NCBI RefSeq assembly: GCF_018350175.1
Contig: NC_058368.1
Span: 189,412,001-189,476,000 of the forward strand
Direction of reading: 5' to 3'
From: Felis catus
Taxonomy: Eukaryota
Length of the DNA stretch: 64,000 nt
Numbering within the stretch: the stretch's first letter is position 1; each line of letters opens with the position of its first letter. The translations under genes were made by a program, and so were the position numbers. Positions 37,601-51,767 of the stretch are shown one piece after another. Under the pieces are notes generated by a model that was not told the origin of the DNA, ran no database searches, and saw only the letters and a program-made list of their open reading frames with translations.

Positions 37601-37859
37601 GGGATTCTGGGGTAGGAGAGGTACATACAACTTGGAATTTATATGGAGTCAATGTTCTTGAATAATGGTTAGAAATTCAGTCATTTTTTATTTTTTTCCC
37701 CTCCATCAAGACATACTATCTGCAAGAAAACCAGGATATGTCATTTACACCATCATACAATCAGTGTGCTCCGTGCCCCAAAGGTACCTGCATTTGTACA
37801 TGCCTTTTCACCATAAAGAGAAAGACTGTCCCCAGGTTAAGGAATTTTAAGTCCAACTG

Positions 37860-38400
37860 ATTGGGTCAAGAGGGAAAGAAAGGAAAAGAACATTTTAGGC
37901 AAAACGGACAGCCTAAGCAAGGCTCTGCATTAGTAAGGAGTATGGGAAATAAAGAAATTCAGTATATTCAGACCACAGCAATCCAGAAGGTCATGTAGGA
38001 GAAATAGGCAGGGCCAAGACTTTGCAGACCTTTGAAGGCCAAGGTGAAGAGTTCTTGTCTTCACCCAAAGAGCAGTGAATGACTGGAACGCCAATGTCCT
38101 AACCAGAGTTATAACCTGTTTAGACCTATTTTAAACAGATTAACTCTGGAATTATATGCAAAATAGCTTGGGAAGCAGGCAAGAGTAGATGCAGTCAGAC
38201 CAGACTGGAAGGTATTGCAGTGGCCCAGACAAAGATGACAGTGACTTTAGATGAAGTGCTGGTAGATAAAGAGAAGTAGAAAGATTTGATAAATGTGTAG
38301 GAGGTAAAATTAACTGGAATCGGCAATGGATTGGATACGGGGATAAAGAAGAAGGGGGTATCCCTGATGACTTGCATGAGTCACTGAGCCCAGCACCCTC
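37860..38400 (-). mobile_element. L2 LINE fragment
   Basis: GACCAGACTGGAAGGTATTGCAGTGGCCCAG..GTAGGAGGTAAAATTAACTGGA..GGATTGGAT. Confidence 0.8.
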
Positions 38401-39424
38401 ATTTAGAAATAAAAGAATGAGCCTCAAGGAGAGTGCATTGATTTTCCAAAAATCAACATATGCCTATTAGTGACAGAGTTCATAACATGTGCTATGTGTA
38501 TATGGCATCTATACATATGATACATATACATAAGAGAGAAACAGAAAAGGTATTTGTGTGTATACTCTGTGTTGATACACATGTATCTAGGATATATTTA
38601 TATAAACTAAAACTTTGAGCACTATTTTATCTCTAAATAAAAGTTAGAAATCCTATGCTCACCTCCTATCTCTATAAACTGCATCCCTGTGACATATTAC
38701 TCATATTCTGTGCTTGTTTTTCTAAGCTGCAGAGTATATATACAACCTCTATATACTTTCTTTTATCTATCCACTGTGTGGCCACTTCTTTTTTATTGTT
38801 ATTCTGGCTTCTATTCAATTTATTAGCTTGTGGTCTATGAAAGCATATTTTAATAATTTTGAAGGAATCTTTTCATCATGGAAGCTTGTCTAAAGAAGGC
38901 CTGGAATAATCAGTATTTCAGATTTTTAGTACACTCCAGCCCCTTCCCCCACCACACACACATACTCATATATGTTTTGCTATTTTAAAGAAAGAGATTT
39001 AACAGCCATAAGGCACTTTTAAAAATAACATTCACATCTGGGCTGACCACCTGTATGCCAAAATTTAGCTTGATGTTAATTAAAACAGGCATGTTATAAA
39101 CCTCAGGAAATGGCAGCTGACCCCTAACTATGAATGTAATGCTATAATAATACGTAGTAAAAATAAGACATTTTGAGGCTGTTGCCCAAACCACTCATGC
39201 ATTAAAATTCTCACCACTGTATACTCTGCGAGAGGACGGGTAAATCAACTGCAGAAGTGGTCCAACCAAAAAATAATAATGATAACAATTCGAAGAGTAA
39301 GAGCCATTCATTCATTCAACAGATGGCTGTCCTGGACAGACATCAGAATTCTGCCTTATGATGAGGAAGATTCTGTGTGGAGTTTGGAAGATTGATTGGC
39401 TCTATCCTGCCAGATACAATAATA

Positions 39425-39650
39425 GTATCAATGCAGCTGGTATTTATTGAACACTTTACTACGTGTCTTAACCGAGACGATTTCATTTAATCCTAACAAC
39501 CCTCCAAGGTAGGTGCCATGATTATCCCCATTTTACAGATGATGAAACAAAGGCTTAAAAGATTTATTTACCCTCAATGGGTGGTACAGTGGCAGAGCTG
39601 GGACTGGAATGCAGGCCATATGACCCCATGGCCACAGAAGCCTGCCCTCA
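39425..39650 (-). mobile_element. MIR SINE
   Basis: ATTATCCCCATTTTACAGATGATGAAACAAAGGCT..GTGGCAGAGCTGGGA. Confidence 0.85.
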
Positions 39651-40239
39651 CTCCTGCTTGGACCTGTTCCATCTGTAAACTCACCCCATTCGTTTCATAC
39701 CCACCCACGACTGACCTCCTGCATTTTCTACCACCTCCTTTCCTGATCCTTTTTTGTCACTTTACTCCCATGTGACCCCAGAGCCTCTCCCATTTCCTTT
39801 TCACTCTCCCATCAGCCCACTCATTTGAAGCCACTTCTCTTAATTGCCTCTGACACCCAGGCATTTGACAACTCAGCTTTTGCTCTGCTTTTCATTTGAT
39901 CCAGCTATTTGCCACTGCCTCTGAATGCTAAAATTGTCCTCTTTCTCCTTGCACCTTAAATTTTTGCTTCATAAAGCAGGGTATTGGAAATTTGCATTTT
40001 AGGACATGTATATATAGAATGCGACTAGGTAGAGTAACATATATTTATCTGCAACTGGATATTAGAATACACAGACACTGGCATTTAAAAAACAAAACAA
40101 ACCAGGATTCTCTATTGTACAAACTACATTGTCAGGAGTGCCCACTGGCACAGTCATGAATAGCACTTGAAGTGGTAAGTCTAAGTTCATGTCTAAAATG
40201 TCCATATTCTCTTCCAAATGTGAACTTTAAAAAACTTTA

Positions 40240-40480
40240 GGGGCGCCTGGGTGGCTCAGTCAGTTGAGCATCCAACTTCAAGTCAGGTCATGACCTTAAC
40301 AGTTAGTGGGTTCGATCCCTACGTTGAACTCCGTGCTGACAGCTGGGAACCTGGACCCTGCCTCAGATTCTGTGTCTCCCTATCTCTCTGCTCCTCCCCC
40401 ACTCATGTTATGTCTCTCTCTCTCTCATAAATAAACAACATTTTTTTAAAATAAATAAATACTAAAAAGATTTAAAAACA
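40240..40480 (+). mobile_element. felid Can-SINE (SINEC_Fc-like)
   Basis: GGGGCGCCTGGGTGGCTCAGTCAGTT head; GTGCTGACAGC; AT-rich tail. Confidence 0.95.
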
Positions 40481-40599
40481 AACTGTGAAATTCAACTGTA
40501 TTGCAGTTTCTGAAGCTATAATCATGATTATACAAGGTATACAAGAGTCACTGAATCCACTGGATATGCAACATGCAACAAGATTTGACCAAACTCTGT

Positions 40600-40860
40600 C
40601 CCATAGGACCTCTAAGGCTTTAGGTATACTAGTTTGGATGCCAACTTTGAGTCAGAAATATCTAGGTTTTGTTCACATCTCCACACTTACTAAGTGAATT
40701 TGGACAAGTCATTTAACTTCATCGTGCCTTGGTAAATAATCTTAAAATGTGAATGATTAAATAGAACCTTCCCTGTAGAATTCTGATGAGAATCAAATGA
40801 GAGAATACATTTAAAGTGCCTAATCTAGGATGCACACAGAAAATGGTATCATGTTGTTGT
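40600..40860 (+). mobile_element. MIR SINE
   Basis: TTTGAGTCAGA..TTGGACAAGTCATTTAACTTC..GAATCAAATGAGA. Confidence 0.75.
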
Positions 40861-40878
40861 TAATACCAACTCTTTACA

Positions 40879-41099
40879 GGGGCATCTGGGTGGCTCAGTT
40901 GGTTAAGCGTCTGACTTCAGCTCAAGCCATGACCTCACAGTTCATGAGTTGGAGCCCCACATCGGTCTCTGTGCTGACAGCTCGGAGCCTAGAGCCTGCT
41001 TTGGATTCTGTGTCTCACTCTTTTTCAGCCCCTACCCTGCTTGCACTCTGTCTCTCTTTCTCAAAAATAAATAAACATTTAAAAACTAAAAAAAAAAAA
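40879..41099 (+). mobile_element. felid Can-SINE (SINEC_Fc-like)
   Basis: full head, body and tail; 17-bp TSD AATA(C/G)CAACTCTTTACA at 40862-40878 and 41100-41116. Confidence 0.97.
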
Positions 41100-41199
41100 A
41101 ATAGCAACTCTTTACAGTTGTTGCTCTTATCCTAGAAGTAGCTGCAGTAGTGTTTGCTGCAACAGCACGTCCAAGTTCTGTACTTGGGAAATTCTGACT

Positions 41200-41555
41200 A
41201 CTCCTTCCTTCTTCAGCCATACCAAACTGCAATTACCCCCAAACACCATAGTGTTTCATCTCTCCTGTGTCTTTTTATATATTATTCTCTTTTCCTGGAA
41301 ATTTCAGTCCCCTATAAACTGGCCTAATGAAGTCCAAATCACTGTCTGAATCACAGATCAAATATTTGCAGTGATGTGAAGTTCACCCCAACTCCTCAAG
41401 ACAGCCCTTAATATTCCTTATCCCACTTTTCTTAGAAGTGTCTCCCTACTAAAGTGAGCTGGTGTAGAACAGGGACTATGTTTTATTTTATTTTTGGTGC
41501 TATATTTCCAACACCAGCATAGTGGCTGGTGTACTGTAGAGACATATGTAGAAGC
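41200..41555 (+). mobile_element. L2 3' fragment
   Basis: CAGCCATACCAAACTGC..CAGGGACTATGTTTTATT..CCAGCATAGTGGCTGG. Confidence 0.65.
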
Positions 41556-41559
41556 TTTG

Positions 41560-41949
41560 GCACCAAGGAACAGAACACCGCACCTAAAACTGCCTTAGCA
41601 TTAAGGAAGCATGTCGTCTCATACAACATCAAGTACAGAGGCAGGGTGGGACCCAGGGCTCATTCGATGACTCAACATCCACATCAGGAACTTGGCTCTT
41701 CCCACCTTCCTGCTGCCATCTCAATGAGGCAGCCTTGCCTTATTCATGGACATAAGATGGCTGCCCTACTCCAGGCCTCCCATCCAGGTACAATAGGAAG
41801 AACCATTTTTTTTCCTGTGTCTTATTTAGAGTAGCCAGAACCCTGTCTCCAACATACTTCTGAAATTCCATTTCCCAGGATTAGGTTTTATGTTCATTCC
41901 CAAATCATTCATTTGCAGGGGAAATGAGATTACCACAATTGCTGTAGGC
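41560..41949 (-). mobile_element. MaLR LTR (MLT1K/L-like)
   Basis: CATGGACATAAGATGGCTGCC..CTCCAGGC; GGGAAATGAGATTACCA. Confidence 0.7.
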
Positions 41950-42285
41950 TAGGGATCAGCAAAGTTTTTCTGTAAAAAGCCAGATTGTAAATATTTTAGG
42001 CTTGGAGAACCATACAGTCTCCATTGCAACTATTCAATGTGCCCTTACAGCACAAAAGCAGCCATAGACAATGTGTAAATAAATGAGTGCTGTTATGTTC
42101 CAATAAAACTATTTACGGATACTGAAATTCAAATTTTATATCATATTAATGTGTCATGAAATAGTCTTCTCTTGAATATTTCTCAACTACGTAAAAAAAT
42201 CTTGAAACCATTCTTTGCTCAAAGGCCACATAAAAACAGGCAACAAATCAGATCTGGCCCAAGATCTATAGTTTGCCAACCCTTG
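41950..42285 (+). mobile_element. MER58B-like hAT-Charlie element
   Basis: AGGGATCAGCAAAGTTTTTCTGTAAA..GCAGCCATAGACAAT..GTTCCAATAAAACT..TAGTTTGCCAACCCTTG. Confidence 0.9.
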
Positions 42286-43234
42286 GCTTACATTATTTGG
42301 AGTCAAATGTATGTTTAAGTGCCATCCACCATAATTTCCAAAGTGCGTTATAAATACTTTAAAAAATTAAAGAAATAAATGATTAAAGAGAACACAGTTC
42401 TTGCTTAGGAGAAGTTCATAGGATATACATGTATATGATTTCCCCCAAACTATTTTTGAAATAATTGCTTTCCTTAATGATGGTAGAGTTAGCAGGACTA
42501 AACAAACAAAAATTGTGGTTTGTGACAGCTTAGATACTAAACTGTGAAAATGGAAGGTAAATAATTTTTTGTGTTAGGATGTGTGGGAAATACAGATTTA
42601 AAAAACTCTCCATGAATCTAAAGTCATAAAAGGTTTGCTTTGATGGTAAGTAGGTGAAAGAGATTACTTAATGGGTGTTTTCTATGTTAACATCTTCTGA
42701 CTTCACAATTTTCCAAACATAATGTTGCATGTATCCTGATGCAGGCAAGGAAATAATTATAGAGTAACTGCTTGCACTCAGTGTAAATTAATCAAATGTA
42801 AATTAAATAAACTGTAAATAGAAGAGATACTCCTTAGCTGATACAGCTAGTGAATCACCTCCATTATAGACTCATTTTTGCAAAATTACATCTAATCATA
42901 GTATTTTAAGATAGTGTTTGGCAAAACATCTCTAAATCTGTCAACAAAAGCAGTGATTACTTCTTTGCAGCTGAATACCTTTGCCAACAAACACCCATCT
43001 GTCTGGAAAGATTTATGTATGATTCTGCCTAAAGGCAGGGCTAAAATCTCAATGACCTCTGGAGTTTTCTTTCACCTTTGTGCTCTGAGAGTCAATAAAA
43101 ATTCATTTTAGACTAATCGTACTACGATCCTTAAAAAGACTACAAACCTAAGATGTAATCAAGTCTGTTCCAAGAATCCCCAAAGTAAATATTCTTCTAG
43201 GTAATTATATAACTTATTTTGCTTGGTCAACATT

Positions 43235-43660
43235 TTAATCTTGCTTGTCATTTGCTGCTTTAATAGAGTCCAACTCCTTAATATGGCTCATAAGACCCAT
43301 TATAGCTGCAGTTGAAGTCAGTACTGTTCTTTATGCTCCACTGGTCTGATTTTCTCAGTTCTTCAAGCATGTTGTGCTTGCTTCCAGACCTTGGCCCATG
43401 CAGGTCCTTCTGCCTAGGCCACAATTCCACTCTCCTTATCTCACTCACCCCTCAGTGCAGTTAACATTTCCTCTTCCTTCAGGCCTTTGATTAGCTTGGA
43501 GGATCTGGAAGTCTCTGCTCCTCCCACCCCATCATGGATTAGGTGGACCTTTTATATGTATAGCATCCTATGCTTGCCTGGTCCTTTTGTAGTATTTATA
43601 ATCGAAGTACTTTTCTGTGTATTTGTTAGTCTCCAGAGTTGAGGACAAGAACTGTGACTT
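43235..43660 (+). mobile_element. L2 fragment
   Basis: AGTCCAACTCCTTAATATGGC..CCTTGGCCCATGCAGGTCCTTCTGCCT. Confidence 0.65.
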
Positions 43661-43689
43661 ACAATAATTACAATAAAAAATCATAGTAA

Positions 43690-44495
43690 AAAGTAGAGGA
43701 GTCCAGGTCATAAAGGGATTTATATGCCCTGCTAAAAAGTTTAGACTTTACCCTGAAGGGTTTTAAAAGAAACCATTGGAGACATTTGTCATGCCCATAT
43801 ATACCTTTTGTAATGATAACTTTGAAGAAATATCAGAGAATGGACTTCCAAAGAACAAAGGGATGGATGGTAAAAGATCCACACTAGAGGCAGCAAGACC
43901 ACTTGGGAAGGGGTTACTGTACTCCAGGTGAGAAAGGACAGAGGTCTGATCTATCACCACGAATATTGTGAATGGAACATAGTGGCCATTTAGTAGGTGG
44001 AAATCTATACAGTGTGACCACCTGTGTATGAAAATGAAGGACTGGAAGGGAAAGAAATCAAGGCTTGGACAAGTAAATAGAGGATAGAGCTAGTCACATC
44101 AAAAGAAATCTAGGAGAAGGAGCAAGTTGAGGCTGGGGGGAAAAGAAGATTAATTCCATTGCAGATATGTTGATTTCAAGGAGCCTGCAAAGTATCTAGG
44201 AAATGACCAATAGACATCTAGACCAATAGAAGAGAAGTCTAGACCAAAGGAAATGTGAAAGTCATCAGATTATAAAAAGCATTGAAGTCACAAGTATGTA
44301 AGTTACTCAAAGAGAATGTATATTTAAAAAAAAAAAAGTAGGGGAGAGCTTGGCCAGAAGCTTGAACAATACCAACACTTCAAGGGTAGGGAAAAAGAAG
44401 GTAAGGGAATCTCATAAAGAAAATTGAGAAATAGCCAGAAAGGAGGGTAAAATCAAAGGAAGTATCATCAAAAGAAACAGTAAGTTCCAGAAGGC
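43690..44495 (-). mobile_element. L2 fragment
   Basis: TTTAGACTTTACCCTGAAGG..GAGGCAGCAAGACCACTTGGGAAGG..CCAACACTTCAAGGG. Confidence 0.7.
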
Positions 44496-44499
44496 AGAT

Positions 44500-44890
44500 A
44501 TTATTAATCAGCTATGATTATATAACAATCACAAAATATCAGTAAGAAAGCAAAATAAGTATTTATTAACCTGCTCACATGTTCAGGTACAATGGCTCTT
44601 CTCAAGCTGCAGGGGTACATATTGGCTGGGACTGCTCTGCTCTATATGTCTCTCATTCTTTTGGGACCAGTAAGCTGTCTAGGTATAGTCTTTTCCCAGT
44701 GATGGCAGAAGCCCAAGAGAGCATATGGAAGCTTACGATGCCTTTTAAATCCTAGTTTAAGACTGGCACTTTACCACTTCTGCCCATATCAATTGGCCAA
44801 AGTAACTCTCAAGGCTGAGCTCCACATCAGTGAGTGGAGAAGTGATTAATAGGGACAAGAATTAGGACTGTGGCCGAAGCAATTTCATAA
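44500..44890 (-). mobile_element. MaLR LTR (MLT1H-like)
   Basis: GTGATGGCAGAAGCCCAAGAGAGCA..ACTGGCAC..CACTTCTGCCCAT..ATTGGCCAAAG. Confidence 0.75.
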
Positions 44891-45229
44891 CAAGCTTAAT
44901 ATCATCCTCAAGTAAAAAGTGACATTGCTAACTCAGATGAAAATATTGTTTTGTGTGTTTTAAAACACCTAAAGCCAGTGACCTGATTGGCCCATCCCTT
45001 TTGAAGACTCCAGCATGCCAGGGTCAGCCCTGACAAGTCATACCCTTATAAGAAGCCAAAGAGCTTTCCAGGAGAAAATAATCATATGTTGTATCGGTGT
45101 TGGGTAGGTGTGAGGTCAGGCTTCGGCATCAAGAAGAATTCTCAGTCAAGTAAGCTCATGGAAAGGAAAGTTTATTATAAGTATATATGTCAAGTAGAAA
45201 TGGGAAGCCACCAAGAATGGAGTCATATC

Positions 45230-46229
45230 CACACAGATCGATGGAACAGAATAGAGAACTCATAAATGGACCCACAAATGTATGGCCAACTAATCTTCAA
45301 CAAAGCAGAAAAGAATATCCAATGGAAAAAAGACAGTCTCTTCAAGAAACCGTGTTGGAAAAACTGGACAGACACATGCAGAAAAATGAACCTGGACCAC
45401 TTTCTGATGTCACACACAAAAATAAATTCAAAATGGATGAAAGACCTAAATGTAAGAGAAGAAACCATCAAAATCCTAGAGGATAAAACAGGCAACAACC
45501 TCTTTGACCTCAGCCATAGCAACTTCTTACTAGACATGTCTCCAGAGGTGAGGGAAACAAAAACAAAAATGAACTATTAGGTCCTCATCAAGATAAAAAG
45601 CTTCTGCACAGTGAAGGAAACAATCAACAAACTAAAAGACAACCAACAAAATGGAAGAAGATATTTGCAAATGAAATATCAGATAAAGGCTTAGTATCCA
45701 AAATCTATAAAGAGCTAATCAAACTCAACACCCAAAAAAACAAATAATCCAGTGAAGAAATGGGCAAAAGACATGAACAGACACTTTTCCAAAGAAGACA
45801 TCCAGATGGCTAACAGACACATGAAAAGATGCTCAACATCACTCATCATCAGGGAAAAACAAATCAAAACCACAATGAGATACCACCTCACACCTTTCAA
45901 AGTTGCCAAAATTAACAACTCAAGAAACAACAGATGTTGGCAATGCAGAGAAAGGGCAACACTTTTCCACTGTTGGCGGGAATGCAAACTGGTGCAGCCA
46001 CTCTGGAAAACAGTATGGAGGTTCCTCAAAAAATTAAAAATAGAACTACCCTACAACCCAGCAATTGCACTATGGGGAATTTATCCAGAAGATACAAAAA
46101 TGCTGATTCAAAGGGACACATGCACCCCAGTGTCATAGCAGTACTATCAACAATAGCCAAATTATGGAAAGAGTCCAAATGTCCATCAATAGATATAGAA
46201 GATAGATAAAGAATAGATAAAGAAGATGT

Positions 46230-46278
<49 letters not shown>

Positions 46279-46693
46279 GAATATTACTTGGCAATCCAAA
46301 AGAATGAAATCTTGCCATTTGCAACAACGTGTATGTATCTAAAGTATATTATGCTAAGCGAAAGAAGTCAGAGAAAGACAAACATCATATAATTTCACTC
46401 TTAAGTGGAATTTAAGAAACATAACAGATGAACATAGGGGAAGGGAAGGGAAAATAAGATAAAAACAGAGAGGGAGGCAAACCATAACGACATCTTAAAA
46501 TACAGAGAACAAACAGAGTTGCTGGAGGGGAATTGGGTGGGGGGGGATGGACTAAATGGGTGATGGGCATTAAGAAGGGTGCTTGTTGGGATCAACACTA
46601 GGTGTTATATGTAAGTGATGAATCACTAAGTTCTACTCCTGAAACCACTGCTACACTGTATGTTAACTAACTTGGATTTAAACTTTAAAAAAG
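45230..46693 (+). mobile_element. 5'-truncated carnivore L1 (ORF2 C-terminus and 3'UTR)
   Basis: peptides QLIFNK..WKKDSLF and [20 protein letters not shown] with stops and frameshifts; perfect 17-bp TSD AAGAATGGAGTCATATC at 45213-45229 and 46694-46710; internal (CA)n 46231-46277; sits in an old LTR-like remnant. Confidence 0.97.
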
Positions 46694-48268
46694 AAGAATG
46701 GAGTCATATCTAGGGGCTGAATACTTTCCCCAGCTTTCACACAGGTCTAATGGTCTTTTTCTCATATTATTTTAGCTACTCTTTGCACTTCTGCACCATT
46801 CTCCCCATCTATCAACTGGCTGCTCCTTGTACTCATAGTTTCTGTTCCATTCTAAACTCTACTTCCATATAATTCTGGATGACCATGACTAGCTTGGGGC
46901 ATTTTGTGTCCCTACTAGCAAGTGACCCTGGGCTCTCCAAGTTTCTCAGTTTAAACTTCTAAAAATGAGATTCATATTTCTTCAGCTCATTTCTCACACT
47001 AACATGTTTAATAGGCAAACTTATTAATTGGTCACCCTTGTGTCCCATGGCCATCCCTAATCTATTTGTGACCCACTGCAGGAAGGTACAAAGAGTAAGA
47101 ATTTCCCTCAGGAAGTACTGTGAGTAGGAAGGTATCAGTTGAACTTTCTAGTACAGGGAGGTTCCCATAACATTGGGATTAGAATTCAAAGAAAATCAAG
47201 TAAAATGCCTACCTTCTAACTATCAGGAAAGTACCCAGGCAGAAAGTTCATCCTGAAGGCAGAAGGATTGGAGATGTTGTGACTAAACCCCAGGTCACTG
47301 ATCTATTATAGATATAAAAAGAGATTTGTAACATGTTACATAATTGAATGTTTCTTGTGTATCTCTCAGTCCAATCTCATTTACATAAACTTACCCAAGA
47401 CCCTTGAGATAAGAACTAAAGAAATAAATTGAATGCAAAATTGTAATACTGGGAGAGATGTAAGAAAAACTAAAGCCACACTGTTTGGAATCCTCATCCA
47501 AGGAATGAGATGCCAGTTGGGAGAAGGTCCTTCTCCAACCTCACTGGGAAGAATGATATATTAGGGGAGGAGGGATGAGGCCATGGCCATGTATGATGGC
47601 TGGTAAGATACCAAGAGAGCCAGGATGGCTATGGTTGTCTTTCCTACATTACCAAAGAGTAGAAACAAGCTTAGAATAATAAGTAAGAGTTCCTGGATAC
47701 ATCATGGCCCTTCTAAATGGAATCATTTGATGGCCTCCAAATTCCATTGCAGAAGATCAAATTTCCATCCAGGTACACAAAGAATAGATATCCATAGGTC
47801 TGGTGGTAGGGCTAGCACTGCTCTTCCCACAGAATTTATACAGATGCATCCTTAAGCAAACATAGGAAAGATTTGCTTCTCTGTTCTTGGAGAAGTTATT
47901 CAGTGAACACTGAGGTTATTTTCTAATCATGGGTTGTGTCCCTACTCCCAACCAAGGATGTCTCCAAGTACTCAATTGTTTTTTTTAAACTGCATATCTA
48001 CTCTGCTTAGAAATGAGTCATATCTGAGGAGAATGATATCACTGGAGATAAAGAACATACTAGAAGCAATTAGAGAACAATAGAGAACAGCATACCGCCA
48101 AGTGCCATACAAAAGAGTACAAAAGACAGTTCAAAGCACGCAAGGTTAAATTAGCTAGAATCATGGTAATGGGGTCAGGGATAAAGAGAGGATTAAATTT
48201 GAGCTAACTCCAAGGAATCAACTGTTATGGTCATTAAAAAGTCTCCAAAGTATTTCCGTCTTCCCTCA

Positions 48269-48273
<5 letters not shown>

Positions 48274-48304
<31 letters not shown>

Positions 48305-48340
48305 AAAAGAAAAAAGAAAAGAAAAAAGAAAAATAATAAT
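48274..48340 (+). repeat. A29 plus (GAAAA)n tract
   Basis: direct reading. Confidence 0.9.
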
Positions 48341-49654
48341 AAAAATGTATAAATAATTATTTACTTTAATTTTTTAAATAAACATATGCCACACCTGTTA
48401 CTTTTAAAAGGGGGGACAAAGGTGTTAGCAAATCAAACCATAAGGTGTCACAAATCCAAGAAGGTTGGAAATCACCACATTCAAGTCCCCCTTGGGTTTG
48501 GAGAGATTTATGCTTCTTAAGGGCATTCAGACATTAACAGCTCAAACCCCCACACTGTACCCTGGCTTCATTTAAAGGACCCATAGGTCAGACCAAAACA
48601 CAACAGAGCTTTATATGCCAATTTTTCTTGACTCTGTGTAGGTCAGGGGAAGTTAAGCTCATGTAATTAGGGGATAAAGACGGAGGCTGGGAGTGGGGGA
48701 TGGAAGCATGATGAAAGTTCCAGAGTTTAAAGGCTCAGTAGGAAGCCAGAGGAAAAGTCGATAAAGTCATGTCTTTATGAAACATGTGTTTTCCATGGTA
48801 GAGCAAACGCATTTGCCATTAAACCCAGGGAATCTCTCTCTGTGACTTGGCACTCTCACCCACCTGTGGGGCAAGAACAATTCAAAATCATTATGATGAT
48901 TGTGAGGCCATTGTTATCTCGAGCTACCTTCCCAATTATAAAATGTCGACTCAGTTACATTCAGTCTAATATCAGCACTAAGTACATTACATTGCATTAA
49001 CTTTATTTCACAATTGATAATCCAAGTGACTTTTTGTAATTCTCTCTTAAGTAAAATGGTTCATTAGTTGAACTATCCATAAATGATGCCAAAGAACAAA
49101 GAGGTTCCTCAAAAGTTCAGTCTAACATGTAATCACCAAAAGAGGTCAGTAAGCAATGACAAGCAGCAATAAAAACAAAGCAGTGAAAATTAATAACAGC
49201 CATAACTGAGAAAATAAATGAATAAAAGCCCCTAATCCTCAGAACAAATGCATGGAAAAGAAATTTAGATAGTCTCAGCAACAAACATCAATACTCATAT
49301 AAATGACTAGATCCCAGAGTTAGTCTCCTGGATTTCATCTGTGCTATTAACAAACTAGTGAAGCCGTGACTCCTTCAGACTGGAAACCAGTGTTAATGGA
49401 CCTCATGAGATTCTTCTGAAAAATGTAGTCATATTGATGACTATTTACAGTACATACTTCCATGATCCACCAGGAACTATTAGCAATAGTATTCTTATGA
49501 CCACATAAAATTCTATGTGATGAGCAAACAGGGTTTGTCTATAAGAAATTTTTGTTACCTATCATTACAAAAAGGGGAGATAATGTCCATAAGCTTTTTC
49601 AGTCTTTATTCATTATCCACCATCTATCCATCTTTCCATCCATCTAATCTTTTC

Positions 49655-49675
49655 TCGTTCTCTTCTTTCTTTTTT

Positions 49676-49743
<68 letters not shown>

Positions 49744-49770
49744 CCTTTCTCTTTTTCCTTCCTTCCATCC
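49655..49770 (+). repeat. (CT)n polypyrimidine microsatellite at an L2 tail
   Basis: direct reading. Confidence 0.9.
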
Positions 49771-50157
49771 AAAAAATGTGTACTGAACATTTGCTAAATG
49801 TTAGGCAATGTTCTGGGCTTTGGGAAGACAGTGGTGAATGAGAAAAACAAGGTACTTCCTCCAGTGTAGTTTATTTACTACATTCACATTTACATTACTA
49901 CACTACATTTACTACATTTACATTATTTACATTTTAGAGAGGGCAGGCAGACAAAAAAAAAACAAAAAACAAAACAACTAGTAAACAAATACATAAAGAA
50001 AAAAATTTCAGATAATGTTTGGAGCTATAGCAGAAAGAGAACAAAGTAATGGGAGACAGTGAGGCTGCTTTAGAGAAGGTGGTGAGAAAGGCCCCTGTCT
50101 GAGGGAGAAGTGACATTTGAGCTAACAATTGAACATGGAGAAAGCTCAGCTACAACT

Positions 50158-51724
50158 CAGGGTTTCTCAATTTCAGCATTGTTGACATTTTGGACTGGAT
50201 AATTCTTTGTTGTGGGGACTTATCCTGTGCACTGTAGGATGTTCAGCAGCATTTCATGTTTTTCCAGCCTCTGCTCACTAGATACCAGTAGCAACCAACT
50301 CCAAGTCATGATAATCAAAAATGTCTTTATGGCACAAAAACAGACACTCAGATCAACAGAAAAGAATAGAGAACCCAGAAATGGACCCACAAATGTATGG
50401 CCAACTAATCTTTGACAAAGGGAAAGCAGGGGAAAATATCCAATGGAATAAATACAGTCTCTTCAGCAAATGGTGCTGGGAAAACTGGAAAGCGACATGC
50501 AGAAAAATGAACCTGGACCACTTTCTTACACCATACACAAAAATAAACTCAAAATGGATGAAAGACCTAAATGTAAGACAGGAAACCATCAAAATCCTCG
50601 AGGAGAAAGCAGGCAAAAACCTCCTTGACCTCAGCCGCAGCAACTTCTTATTCAACAGGTCTCCAGAGGCAAGGGAAACAAAAGCAAAAATGAACTATTG
50701 GGACCTCATCAAAATAAAAACTTCTGCACAGTGAAGGAAACAGTCAGCAAAACTAAAGGCAACCAACGGAATGGGAGAAAATATTTGCAAACAACATATC
50801 AGATAAAGGGTCAGTATCCAAAATCTATAGAGATCTTATCAAACTCAGCACCCAAAACACAAATAATCCAGTGAAGAAATGGGCAAAAGACATGAATAGA
50901 CACTTCTCCAAAGAAGACATCTAGATAACCAACTGACCCATGAAAAAATGCTCAACATCACTCATCATCAGGGAAATAGAAATCAAAACCACAATGAGAT
51001 ACCACCTCACACCTGTCAGAATGGCTAACATTAACAACTCAGGCAACAACAGATGTTGGCGAGGATGAGGAGAAAGAGGATCTCTTTTGCATCGCTAATG
51101 GGAATGCCAACTGGTGCAGCCACTCTGGAAAACAGTATGACTGTTTTTTCCTCAAAAATTAAAAATAGAACTACCCTATGACCCAGCAATTTCAGCACTA
51201 GGTATTTATTCAAGGGATACAGGTATGCTGTTTCAAAGGGGCACATGTACCCCTATGTTTATAGCAGCACTGTCAACAATAGCCAAAGTATGGAAAGAGC
51301 CCAAATGCCCATCAACGGATGAATGGATAAAGAAGATGTGGTATATAATATACAATGGAGTATTACTCGTCAATCAAAAAGAATAAAATCTTGCCATTTG
51401 CAACTACGTGGATGGAACTAGAGGGTATTAAGCTAAGTGAAATTAGTCAGTCAGAGAAAGACAAATATCATATGACTTCACTCATATGAGGACTTTAAGA
51501 TACAAAACAGATGAACATAACAGAAGGGAAGCAAAAATAATATAAAAACAGGGAGGGGGACAAAACAGAAGAGACTCTTAAATATGGAGAGCAAACTGAG
51601 GGTTAGGGGAGGGATTGTGGGAGGGGGATGGGCTAAATGGGTAAGGCGCATTAAGGAACCTACTCCTGATATCATTGTTGCACCATATGCTAACTAACTT
51701 TGATGTAAATTAAAAAATAAACAA

Positions 51725-51767
<43 letters not shown>

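Noticed and set aside
40240..40320. tRNA-like A/B boxes
   Set aside because: Head of a tRNA-derived Can-SINE, not a tRNA gene; the same applies to the other SINEs
49868..49935. Irregular (TACAT/TTAC)n array
   Set aside because: Low-complexity slippage inside an L2, with no repeat-spacer (CRISPR-like) structure
45187..51246. ORFs with real protein similarity
   Set aside because: Fragments of L1 ORF2p with stops and frameshifts, or their antisense frames; not host genes and not autonomous
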